From the human T2T-CHM13v2.0 reference genome, Homo sapiens: a stretch of DNA of 64,000 bases. The notes below the pieces were generated by a model that made no database searches, was not told the DNA's origin, and saw only the letters and a program-made list of their open reading frames with translations. Of this stretch, positions 53,301-64,000 are shown piece after piece. Made by a program: the position numbers and the translations under genes. Numbering within the stretch: position 1 is the first letter of the stretch; every line of letters begins with the position of its first letter. Location: NCBI RefSeq assembly GCF_009914755.1, contig NC_060937.1, one strand, 5' to 3'.

Positions 53301-54274
53301 GAAACAAGAAGGTGCAGACAAGGAATCCTACTTAAAGAAACATAGGATTTTAGATGTAATCAAAAATGTTATCACAAGCCATTTAATTAATACCACACAA
53401 TTTAAATGGATCAAGTTGGTGTAAATAACAAAAGGGAGGGGCAAAATAAGTTGATCTTACCAGAAACATGTAAGTTAGCCCTTTTATGCTTCCAGATGAA
53501 GAAAACTCACTGATTAACTGAAGCTGTAGGAAGAAGCATTAGAGACATACTTAATGAACAAATATAAAATAAATAAAATCAAAGGAGTTTGCCACTGTTT
53601 ATACAGACTTCCTGCAGCTGGTTAAAATAAGAAGTGATATTGAAATATATTCATAATTAGCATGTATTAATATTTCTATAGTTTTTTTTCTATTTTAAGT
53701 GTCTTTTGAAATATGCTGGATTTAAAAATCTAAAATATGTGATATGTTTTAGTATGTTCATATTACCAGGAATTGAGTCACAGAAAGTTTACATGACTTG
53801 CCTTAATCTTGCTTACACATCCGTCACCTCAATCATCTTGTAAGAACTAGGGTTTGTATTTGTAGGTATACAATCTCCGTATCAAGAAATATCAGAAACA
53901 AGATAAATATCCAGGTAAACACTTTGAAAAAGGGAATAAAGTGTTTCCAGTTTGTTTAGTTAGAGGCAGTGGTTTTCACTGCAATTTTGAAATTTAAAAA
54001 CTGGACTTTTAAAATGTTTTTTCAAACACAAGATTTTGACAGGTGTTAAAAGCACTAAGTTTCCTTACCCAAGTTTCTACATAAATTGAGTACCAGGTGC
54101 AAACCACAAATATCATTGACAGTAATTTATTTGAATTTCCCCAAACAGATACTATAAACAGCAACTGAAAAGAAGCAAGTGATCATAGGCACATTTTGCA
54201 AGATTTACCTACTTACTCCTTTCTCTCCCCTTCTCTCCTTTGCTCCTCCTTCTCCCCACTTTATTCCTCCAAGT

Positions 54275-54970
54275 GTGGGTGCTGCTGCTTAATTGCCAAG
54301 TAATATTGGCAAATTAACCTCTATGAGCCCCAGTTTTCTATGAAAAACAGATGAAAATACTATCTCTTAATAATGTCATTGGGGGATTAAATAAGTTAAA
54401 ACACCTGTGACAAATGTTGTTCATTCAGATCGGGCCGCCCAGGGTCCTCCGCTGGTTTGCTTGGTTTGCATTGGTTTATGCTTTTTTTTCTGTATTGTGT
54501 TAAGCACAGTACTCCACATAGTGTAGAGACAAGCTGGTGCCTGAGGAGTCCCTTCCACGCACACCCTCCTGAGGCTTGCTCTAGGGGTGGTTGAATCTCC
54601 TCATAAGGAATGGTCTAGAAGTTTCCTCCAGGTCACACAAAACCATGTCCTTTGTATCAAGGCAAAAACAGCTCTGAGGAGCTCCTGCTGGGGTCTGGCT
54701 AAAAGCAGAACTGTGGCCAGGTGTGGTGGCTCAAGCCTGTAATCCCAGCACGTTGGGAGGCCGAGGCGGGCAGATCACCAGGCTGGGAGTCCTTTCTTTA
54801 GCTTGCTTTTCTCACTCATTATTGAGTCTTTCCTGAGGGCCTTCACTTTGTAAGGTGCATCATAAAAGCCCTGCTCCTAAGGAACCTGACCCAAGACACC
54901 GTGTACAACAGTGCAAACATTCCCTAGGACACTGTAAGTTCCTAATAAATGTTTATTACTATTGTCATTA
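54275..54970 (+). mobile_element. MIR split by an old ERVL-like LTR (~54406-54898)
   Basis: MIR core TTAACCTCTATGAGCCCCAGTTTTC...GGATTAAATAAG stops at ~54405 and resumes ~54900 (...CTAATAAATGTTTATTACT); the insert ends GGAACCTGACCCAAGACA like ERVL LTRs. Confidence 0.55.
54715..54779 (+). mobile_element. Alu 5' stub (first ~65 bp only)
   Basis: GGCCAGGTGTGGTGGCTCAAGCCTGTAATCCCAGCACGTTGGGAGGCCGAGGCGGGCAGATCACC, followed by non-Alu sequence. Confidence 0.9.
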
Positions 54971-54976
54971 TGATTA

Positions 54977-55338
54977 CAGGTTGAGTATCATTTATCCAAC
55001 ATGCTTGAAATCAGAAGTGATTTGGATTTTGGACTTTTTCTGATTTTTGTAATATTTGCATAACCATAATAGGATATCTTTGGGATGGGACCCAAGTCTA
55101 AACACAAAATGCATTTCTGTTTCATGTACACTGTACACAAATACACTGAAGGTAATTATATAGAATAGTTTTAATAATTTTGTGAATGAAATAAAGTTTT
55201 GACTGCATTTTTAAATGCAATCTGTCACATAAGGTCATGTGTGGAAATTTCAACTTGTGATGTCAGGTAGGTGGTCAAAAATTTCTGATTGTGAAGCATT
55301 TCAGATTTCCGATTTTTGGATTAGGGATGCTCAACCTG
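54977..55338. mobile_element. Tigger4b (MER46B/Zombi_B) TcMar DNA transposon, non-autonomous
   Basis: TIRs CAGGTTGAG / CTCAACCTG, TA TSD on both sides, 362 bp. Confidence 0.9.
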
Positions 55339-56544
55339 TAATTCCTTCATCAAGTGAAATCACTTGATGAACGCTACTATTTAATAAACACTGTGCATTG
55401 TGTGAGTCTCCTCCCTAGACATCAGTGACAAAGGGCAAGTCTTTGATGGGAACTCATAGTGGCTGCACTGCAGGCAGGAGTTGGAGATAAAATGAGGAAT
55501 ATCAGAAATTAGCAGCCTAAGGAAATACATTGGCCCATGCCTTTTGGGAAGATTGTTGTTAACTGAATTTTCATCTTATTTTTATAAAAACATCTGGTTA
55601 GGCATGAGATTATCCTTGATAAGCCAGTTTAATATTCATAATACACGTACTTCTGATTTTCATATTGTATTTGCCTATCAAAATCTTGGTATTCGTACTT
55701 CACTGATGCCTTATTTAACTGGCATTTTCAGATCAGCTTCTTAGCACAAATTGTGGCCTTGCTAAATGTCTTATCCAATTAACCAGTTGGCAGGATTAGT
55801 TTTTGCACTAATGGTTTCTTTTTGTTGTTGTTGTTTATGGTTTTGTCAACATGTCGTGTTTTCCAAAATGTTTCAAGATAAACTGTCTGAGAGGTTAACC
55901 TTCCCAGTTCAATGCTTGTCACCAGCTGTCTTCCCAAGGAAATACTCAGGACAAGGACATAAGAATCACATCTTTCTAGAAAGTATATCTATTTGCTTTA
56001 TCAAGATTTCAAAGACGTAAATGGAGTCTACTTAAGCTCAATGCACTCAATGATTCCTTTTTAGTAGAGATGTTTGCATAATATGTATAGTAATCCCTCA
56101 GGCAGAGGGCAGGATAAAAATGCTTACTGAGCTGAGCTCTGGGAAAGTGCACAAGAATTTATCTGAAGGTCAATGAATATTATAAGTAATGTTGTTTGTA
56201 ACTAAATATGGTTATGATAATGCAATTAAAAAATTATACCTAAAACTCAGATTTAGAAAAAAAAAAGAATCTGTAACATCTGATTTTGATCTTGACTGCC
56301 TCATCTACTAGAAAACATGAAGGGGGCTGAGCACAATTGGCTGCAACTGTGCTTTCTTCAACAAGCGTTGATCCCCTCCTGCCATGGGCAACCTTCCTTG
56401 GAAGCTCTCTCTCAGCTACTGGACCCATGTTTTTCCTTATTGCTCTTATCATTGTTAAACAATTCTTTATATTAAAACTCCCTGTTCTATGTGATTCCTG
56501 TCTCCAGATTGGATACAGGCTTATCCAGTCTTTTCCTATCTTTT

Positions 56545-58030
56545 TACCTTAACCTACTTTTGCCTTGGTATTTAAAGTACTGCGTTACTTGTATGTGGCA
56601 TATCATTTGGTCTTGCTTTTTTCTACAATTGACAAATTATGGGATGCTTAGATCAGATCTATTCAATTTGACTAGTGATTTGGTTAGGTTTTAATCTGCC
56701 ATATCAATATATATTATCAGTCCATTTGTTCTTTGATTCCTTTTTTCTCATTAATAAATCGATTTTTTAAAAAATTATTTATTGGGTTGTTAACTGTAAC
56801 TCTTTATTATTTTAATGGTTGTTTTAGGTTTAAGGGTATATTCATTTAAGTCATCACAGTCTATCTTAAATGATAGTTTCATGCATAGTACTAGAAGCTT
56901 AAAATAGTATTACGTCCTTTCCACAGGTTTGTGCTATTTTTCTGGTATAACTTATTTCTGTTATGTATGTTATAAACCTTTTGCTATATGGTTGTTAACA
57001 TTTGCTTATCAGTTATCTTTCAAATATTTAAATAAATAAAAATAAATAAAATAAATAAATAAAATAAAAATAAAAATAAAAAATAAGAATATTATAAAAA
57101 TAAAACATGTATCTCTTTGTACACTTAGGTACCATTGTCATTATTCTACATTCCTTTATCTAGGTCCAGATTTCCAACTGGTATCATTGTCTTTCTTCCT
57201 GAAGAACTTGTTTTGACACTTTTTATAGTGCAGATGTGCTAATGAAAAATTATCTGAGAATTTATATGTCTGGAAAATCTTTATTTGCCTTCAGCTATTG
57301 AAAAATTTTTCATTGAGTGTAGAATTCTAGAGTGTTGAGTTCAATGAGCATAGAATTTAAAGAGATTTTTGAACTGTATTATTTACCTTCTGGCAAAATC
57401 TAAAAAACAAAAACAACAAAAAAACCTGTTGTCAACTTATTTTATTTCTTTTTTTCTGTGGCTCCTTTTAAGATTTTCTCTTCATCTTTGGTGTCAAGCA
57501 ATTCAATTATCATTAATCTTGGTGTCGTATTCCTCATGTATAAAAAGGGCTCACTGTGCTTGGATTTGTGGGATTTAATAATTTTCATCAAAATTGTAAA
57601 ATTAAGCCATTGTTTATTCAAATATGTTTTCTCTCCTCTCTTCCTTTTTGGGGAATCCAATTACCTGTCTATTAGGCTTCTTAAAGTTGGTCCCATAACT
57701 CACTGATGCTATGTTCATATGTAATTTCTTCTTTGTTATTCATTTTACATATTAAGTATTATTTACTTAGTAAGTACGTACATAGCACTTAAGTACAGTA
57801 AGTATTGTTGTGTCTTTAAATTCACTAGCCATGTTCTGCAATATCTAATCTGCCATTAATCTCATCCAGTATATTGTTTATCCTAGACATTGTAGTTTCT
57901 ATCTCTGAAAGTCCAATTTGGGTTTTTTTTTTAATAACTTCCATTCTTCCAGTTTATTTTTAGAGCATGTAAGATGCAATTTTTATAACTGTCCTAATGT
58001 ACTTGTCTGGTGATACTAGCAAGTTCTGGG
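56545..58030 (-). mobile_element. Old L1M (L1M4/L1MD-like) 5' region, part 1
   Basis: Minus ORF 57442-57660 contains TTPRLMIIELLDTKDEEKILKGATEKK, homologous to L1 ORF1 (TPRHII...KEKILKAAREK); includes an (AAAAT)n tract at ~57030-57105. Confidence 0.7.
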
Positions 58031-58039
58031 TCAGATTTT

Positions 58040-59430
58040 TTGTTTCATTTTATTTTTAATTGACTGATGATTGTATATATCTATGGGGTACAGTGTGATG
58101 TTTTAATACTTGTATACATTGGGTATGATCAAATCAGGCTAATTAGCATATCACCTGAAATATTTATTATTTTGTGATGAGAACATTTAAACTTTTCTTG
58201 TTTAACTATTTTGAAATATTGCATATATAAGTATTAACTAGAGTCACTGTGTTGTATAACAGAATACCTGAACTTATTGCTCCTGTCTAACTGAAACTTC
58301 AAACATGTTGACCAACATCTCCCTTTCCCAGTTCACCACGAGCCCCAGACCCTGGGAACCACCATTCTACTTTCTACTTCCATGAGTTTGAATTTTGTAG
58401 GTTCCACGTATCAGTAAGATCATACAATATTTGTCTCTCTGTGCCTGGCTTGTTTGAATAACATAATGTCTTCTCGGTTCACATATGTTGTTGCAAATTA
58501 CAGAATTTCCTGTTTGTTTTTTTAAAGGCTGAATAATTTTTCATTGTGTATATATATATCACATTGTTTTAATCCATTAAACCAGGGGTCCCCAAGCCCT
58601 GGACCACTTCTGGTCTGTGGCCTGTTAGGAACTGGGCTGCATAGCAGGAGGTGAGTGGCAGCCCAGCGATCCTGACTGCCTGAGCTTTGCCTCCTGTCAG
58701 ATCAGTGGCAGCATTAGATTCTCATAGGAGTGCAAACCCTATTGTGAACTGTACATGAAAGGATTCTAGGTTGCACATGCTTTATGAGAATCTAATGCCT
58801 GATGATCTGAGGTAGAACAGTTTCATCCTGAAACCGTTCCCCCACCCAGCCCCATTCATGGAAATATTAACTTCCATGAAACCAGTCTCTGGTGCCAAAA
58901 AGTTGGGGACCACTGCATTAATCCATTGATGGACACTTAGGTTGTTTCCATATCTTGGCTATGGTGAGTAATGCTGCAATAACCATGGTAGTGCAGGTTT
59001 TCTTTTAACATACTGATTTCAGTTCCTTTGGATATATAACTAGAAGTGGGATTGCTGGATCTTCTGTTAGTTCTATTTGTAGTTTTTAAAGAAACCTCTG
59101 TACTGTTTTCCCGAAATGGCTCTACAGATTTACAATACCACCAACAGTATATAACAGTTCCCTTTTCTTCACATTCTCACCAACACTTTTATCTTTTTAA
59201 TAATAACTGTTTAACAGGTGTGAAGTGGTATCTCATTGTGGTTTTAGTTTGCATTTCTCTTATGACTAGAGATGTTGAACATTTTTTGGTTATCTTTTGA
59301 CCGTCTATATGTCGTCTTTGAGAAATGTCTATTTAAGACTTCTGCTTCCTTTTTAATCATTATTTATTTTCTTGTCATTGGGTGTTTTGAGTTACTCGTA
59401 TATGGACTGCAAATATTTTTTCCCAATCAG
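58040..59430 (-). mobile_element. L1MA5-7-type 3' end inserted in the old L1M
   Basis: TTTTTAATTGAC...ATTGTATATATCTATGGGGTACAGTGTGATGTTTT...; probable TSD GGGTCAGATTTT (~58028) / GTGTCAGTTTT (~59430). Confidence 0.82.
58583..58915 (+). mobile_element. MER1B hAT-Charlie DNA transposon
   Basis: TIRs CAGGGGTCCCCAA / TTGGGGACCACTG; internal GGCCTGTTAGGAAC and ATTAGATTCTCATAGGAG; 8-bp TSD CATTAAAC / CATTAATC. Confidence 0.92.
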
Positions 59431-60840
59431 TGTCAGTTTTGATTGATTGGATATTCTCATTTTAAGTCATGTTTCCTTGCTGTTTTACGTACATGTTAAT
59501 GCTTGGTTGGAGTGAGATTTTGTGAATTTTACCGTGTTAGGGACTGGATTTTAAAACATTTTTCTAAATATTATTGATCTTCTTTCTGGATTGCAGTTTA
59601 GTTACAGAAATAATTTCATATTTTCGGGTTTGCCTGTAATATTTGTTACTAGGACCAGAGCCATGTCTAGTCTAGGGCTAATGATTTCCCACTACTGAGA
59701 CAGAACTCTCCTCTGTGCTGTATGTAGGCCTGTGAACTCTGTGTTTTTCTGGTCTCCCTGGTGGAAACAGATACTATCGCCAGAACTATGTGAGTGCCTG
59801 GTAGTGTTTCCTCTCATTATTTTGAGTGATCCTTTTCACTGTCTTGGGAGGTTTCTCTTCAAGTGAGGGCTGCTCAGTACTCTGCTGAATGCTCAAAAGG
59901 AAGCCTTTTGGAGATGAATAGAACTTTCTCTGTGTACCTCTCTCCTCTGTCCTGTGAAGTCTCCACTTTGGTCTCTGTGACTCTCAGCTCTTTCTCCTCA
60001 GATGAGAAGGTGCAGTGTGCTCTGCCTGGGTTCTTCCTCCTTGATCATGGCCTGGTCACTCTTTCAAGAGAGTAAGCTGGGATAACTGTAGGACCCAACC
60101 TTGTCTTTTTCCTGTCCCACAATGTGTTAGAGTTCTATTGCTGCCATAACAAACTAACACAAACCTAGAGGCATAGAACAACACCCACTTATCACCTCAC
60201 AGTTCTATAGGTCAGCCCAGGGATAGCAGGACTCATTTTATTTTCTGCTTACAGTCTCATTAGGCTGAAATTATGGCGTGGGCAGAGCATGGATCCTTTC
60301 TGGAGAATCTAGGAGACAATCTGTTCTCAGGCTCTTTCAGGTTCTTGGCCTGGTTTATTTCCATGTGGCTACAGAAGAGTCATTCTCAACATTTAGAGGC
60401 TTCTCCTGGCTCTGAGCCCCATTCAAAGTCAATCATAGCGGCTCAAATTTTATCTGGTTTCTAATCTGCTGCTGCCTCACTTCTCCTTCCTCCTCTGCTA
60501 CCACATAGCTTATACTGACCCTTATGCCTTCTGCTGGAATTACACTGGGTCTCTCTGAAAAAACCAGGATGATATTCCTATCATAAACTTGGCTGATCAA
60601 TAACTTTATCTGGAATGTTTCTACAATACCATATGTGTATTGTTTTTTGAATGAATAACTAGGAGACAGTGATCTTGAAGGGTCATCTTTAAAATTCTGG
60701 CTATCACATTCAGCAATCACTATCCTTTTTCTGATTTCCAATGCCTTGAAAATAATGGTTTCTTTTTTTTTCTGTTTGATTGTTTGTTTGTTGCAGCAGC
60801 ATTATAGACATATTTGCCATCACTCCATCTTGGACAGAAG
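59431..60840 (-). mobile_element. Old L1M 5' region, part 2 (interrupted by MLT1E)
   Basis: Degenerate L1M 5'UTR-like sequence ending ...CACTCCATCTTGGACAGAAG near 60840. Confidence 0.55.
60123..60708 (-). mobile_element. MLT1E-type MaLR solo LTR
   Basis: TGTGTTAG...CTATTGCTGCCATAACAAAC...CTCACAGTTCTATAGGTCAG...AAATTCTGGCTATCACA. Confidence 0.75.
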
Positions 60841-62262
60841 TTGATCTCAATGGTCAGGCTGTTAGGAATTCTCTGTTATCTACCTTCTAAGATGGTGTCC
60901 TTCTGTTGCTATAAGAAGTGGAAAAGGGGTTGTTAACATGTTAGGAAACTTTGTCCTATTCTTAAGATTGTGCTTATCTCAGACATTAAATGTCTGGTTG
61001 AGTCTAATTCCTGCTGCATTGATATCTGTACAGGTTCTGCTGGTCCCGTTGGTTCTTTACATTGACCCTGTGTTATTTTCTGTGCAAATCCATTGCCTTG
61101 GCCATTCAACCCTAATCTCTAATATAGCATTATGCATGCAACTGTGTTTGTTTGTTTTCATTGTTTGTTGTTTCTTCTAGCCTTGGTTTTCTACTAGAGA
61201 ACTGAGACTGTGAGCAGACCCAAACCTTCTTCCCAACCTATTGGGATCTCTACTTGGAAACAGAAACTTCTGAAAATTCTAAATGCCACACAGCAGCTGT
61301 GGATAAAAGAATGCCACTTCAGGCAAGGCTGTATTTTAACTTGCCCCTCCCAGTGCTGTGGTATTTCTCCCACCTTGTTCATGTGGACCATAAGATTGTA
61401 GAATTTCTCTTGAATGTTTGCAGTCTGGGGCCAGCTACCTCTGCAGAAGAGAAACACCCTAATTTCTCAGGTTGTGGTCATGGTCCAACTCTTAGTATGC
61501 TGGCTTATGATTTGTCTTCCTCCCACCAGTGTTAAAATCTTCTCTTCTTCCTGAACTAGAAAGAGGGAAGTTTTCTGACTTCTTCTTCCTGAGCATGAAA
61601 ATATTTATTTTCCTCTAGTATGTCCTAATTATGATTTAGAATTTCTAGGCTTTCTTTGACTATGCAAAGAGAAATAAGAAGAAAGATATATTGATAAATT
61701 TGAAATATATTTCATAAAATACCCTACAAAAACATTATAAAATTGCAATTTCTTCATGTGAACACATTAATACCTTTCTGTCCTCTCAAAGAATACCTAT
61801 GGCATTTCTGCAACTAGACCAAGGCTTTAAACAAGTAAATTCCTAAGTAAATTACTTAGTAAAAGAAGTAAAATAGCAATATGACAGAAAGTAAGAAAAA
61901 AGAGCACAGAAAATAAGTTGACCTCATTATTGAATTACTGAATTCAGACAGCAATGCAGCGCAGAGGAAATAAAGACTCCGGGACAGAGGCTTCTGGTAA
62001 AGAGTTTTCAGTGGCAAGTATAATGATCAGAGTGACTGGACTCCAAAGCAGCCATCATGGTCACCTAGAAAACAATCAATTATTTTGTTTATGACAAGTA
62101 AGGTACACTATTATTACTTCATTGAGAAAATTCCATTAAATGTTTCTCTATGGTTCAGCACTTCTTGAGACTGTAACCTTGTGCACTATGAGACACATCA
62201 TAGAAGCAGGAAACCCAGTGTTCTCCTATTTACGTGCTTTTAACTACATAGAGTTGTAATAT

Positions 62263-62314
62263 TGGCTTCGTTCTTGAAGTCAGTGAGACCAAGAACCCAC
62301 CAATTCTGGACAAA
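62263..62314 (+). mobile_element. 52-bp LTR12 3'-terminal remnant
   Basis: TGGCTTCGTTCTTGAAGTCAGTGAGACCAAGAACCCACCAATTCTGGACAAA; shares TTCTTGAAGTCAGTGAGACCAAGAACCCACC with the LTR12F at ~18393-18423; ATAT on both sides. Confidence 0.88.
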
Positions 62315-63739
62315 ATATGATCATGTGGGCAGACGTATTACATTCAAAAAACACTTTACTGGAACTCACACAAATTTTTAAAATTCCATTTTTTCATAAT
62401 AATCGATATAAACTTTGTAAGATCAGATGGGTGTCTACTTAAAGTTGACATATAAGGAGAGAAAAATGAACCATAACAATGCATTAACAGGGAAGAGTAC
62501 AGTGCTTTATTCTAACTGATTGAAGCAAGGTGAGAGATTTGAAGAATGGTGTCATGCCCACATTTTTCCATATTGTAGAAAAAAAGAAATGTATTAGTGT
62601 TCAGGGAGGTTGATGCTAGACCTGGTATTCTTCCCTATTTTCAAATGCCAAAACTAGAGAGGGATTTAGAAATAAGCATCTAGAAACTGCACCCCCACCT
62701 CCATTATCATTGGTGTATGGTTAATCCGTTGGAGGAATAAGAATACATTTTAAGAAGCTTGTTGTTTTCCCAAATCGGCAAAAGCTGTTTCCACACTTCC
62801 ATTGTCTATTGGCAAAAGTTTTTAATAATACTTATCTTTTGACCTTTTATCCATTTGCCCTTTGAGTTTATTTGCTCCAGCTCTGTGAACCCCTGTGATA
62901 CAGAGCAATTTACTGGGTATTTGTTCTGTAAATCAAAACCACCTCAAAGGTGCTTTTGCAACTGTATGGGACTCTACTTTTTTCTCCAAGATGCCTGCAG
63001 AAAACAGACAACAGACAACCACAATGGAAAGATACAAGTGTAAAGTATAGTCTCAGGTCATTTCATCCTTACGATTTCCTTTCTTCACTTATGTTAGAAC
63101 AAAATCTGCAGTGTCACACATCTCAAAACACACATAAGTATCAAATCAATAAGAGATACCTATGCAGCATATGCTTATTGTAAGGAGGTGGGAGAAACTT
63201 ACTTTTTCAATTAATTTACAAATAAATTTGAAGGAGACTGTGTTAAATGGAATGAGCATAAACTGTTAATATGTTTTTCTTTCTTCCCTTTTACCATTCT
63301 TTCAAAAGAATAGAAAACACCCAGATGTATGCGCAGTACTGGCTGATTTTCAAACTCTGTCATCAGATTAGTATTCAACTTAGTGTTCAGGGGTTTAGCC
63401 ATTATAATTAATCATTCCTCTAAGTGCAGAAAGATACTTAATACTCTGTCCTGACTCATTATTTAGATTTTTTGTTCTGTAGTGAAGGGCCTTAGAAAAA
63501 GATTAATTAAGTCAAACACTTTGGGGTTATTCTCCCATCATTGGAAAGAGGACTTACATACATAACTGGCATTAATGTTGGGCAATATTCCTCCTATAAT
63601 GAAACAGATGACTCTCTTAACTTAATTTGTCCAGAAAAAAATAAGACACACCAGATGTAACATAATGAGTGTTTCTGATATTTTACTGTTATTATGTAAC
63701 TTTTTGTACTGCAGTAATAATCAAACAGTTTATATACTT

Positions 63740-63900
63740 TAGGACATATATGGTACGTTTTAGGAAAAACAAAGGCTTACTTCAGCTTGGAAATAACTAA
63801 CTACGTAACCAAGTTGTGGCATCATCCTCGCTGAATCTCATTCTCTCAGCTAAAATATGAGGAGTTAGAGTGTATAATCTCTGTTGCTTATAATTCCGAC
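63740..63900 (+). mobile_element. MIR/MIR3 fragment
   Basis: CTGAATCTCATTCTCTCAGCTAAAATATGAGGAGTTAGA resembles the MIR core; degenerate. Confidence 0.45.
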
Positions 63901-64000
63901 ATACTGTAATTCAATATGTAACGTATTTAGATCTGAAATGAGCTCAAAACATTGGAAATCCAGAAGGACAAAGTCTGGAACTTGCTATTGGGATAAATGA

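Overview
Primate (very probably human or great ape) non-coding genomic DNA that is AT-rich and dominated by transposable-element relics. No host protein-coding exon, rRNA, tRNA or CRISPR feature can be supported. The only protein-like ORFs are LINE-1 (and vestigial L2) remnants; the rest of the ORF track is chance, Alu, antisense-L1 or simple-repeat translation. Main contents: a full-length ~6.16 kb L1PA3/L1PA4-type element (20631-26788, minus, 15-bp TSD), a 5'-truncated L1PA7/8-like copy, a 5'-intact but internally deleted L1MA-type element, older L1M/L2/MIR pieces, three full Alus plus one Alu stub, about a dozen solo LTRs (THE1, MLT1, MLT2A, LTR12F, MER65, MER67-like, LTR33-like) and two DNA transposons (Tigger4b, MER1B). 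Subfamily names come from recalled consensus sequences and need RepeatMasker/Dfam confirmation. I found no convincing new biological system. The items most worth checking are a 67-nt near-perfect pre-miRNA-sized hairpin (1681-1747), a 52-bp mini-LTR12 that still appears to carry its TSD (62263-62314), an ATG-initiated 894-aa EN-less L1 ORF2, a pentamer array with a higher-order unit (32.56-33.13 kb) and indirect signs that the window lies inside a plus-strand transcription unit.
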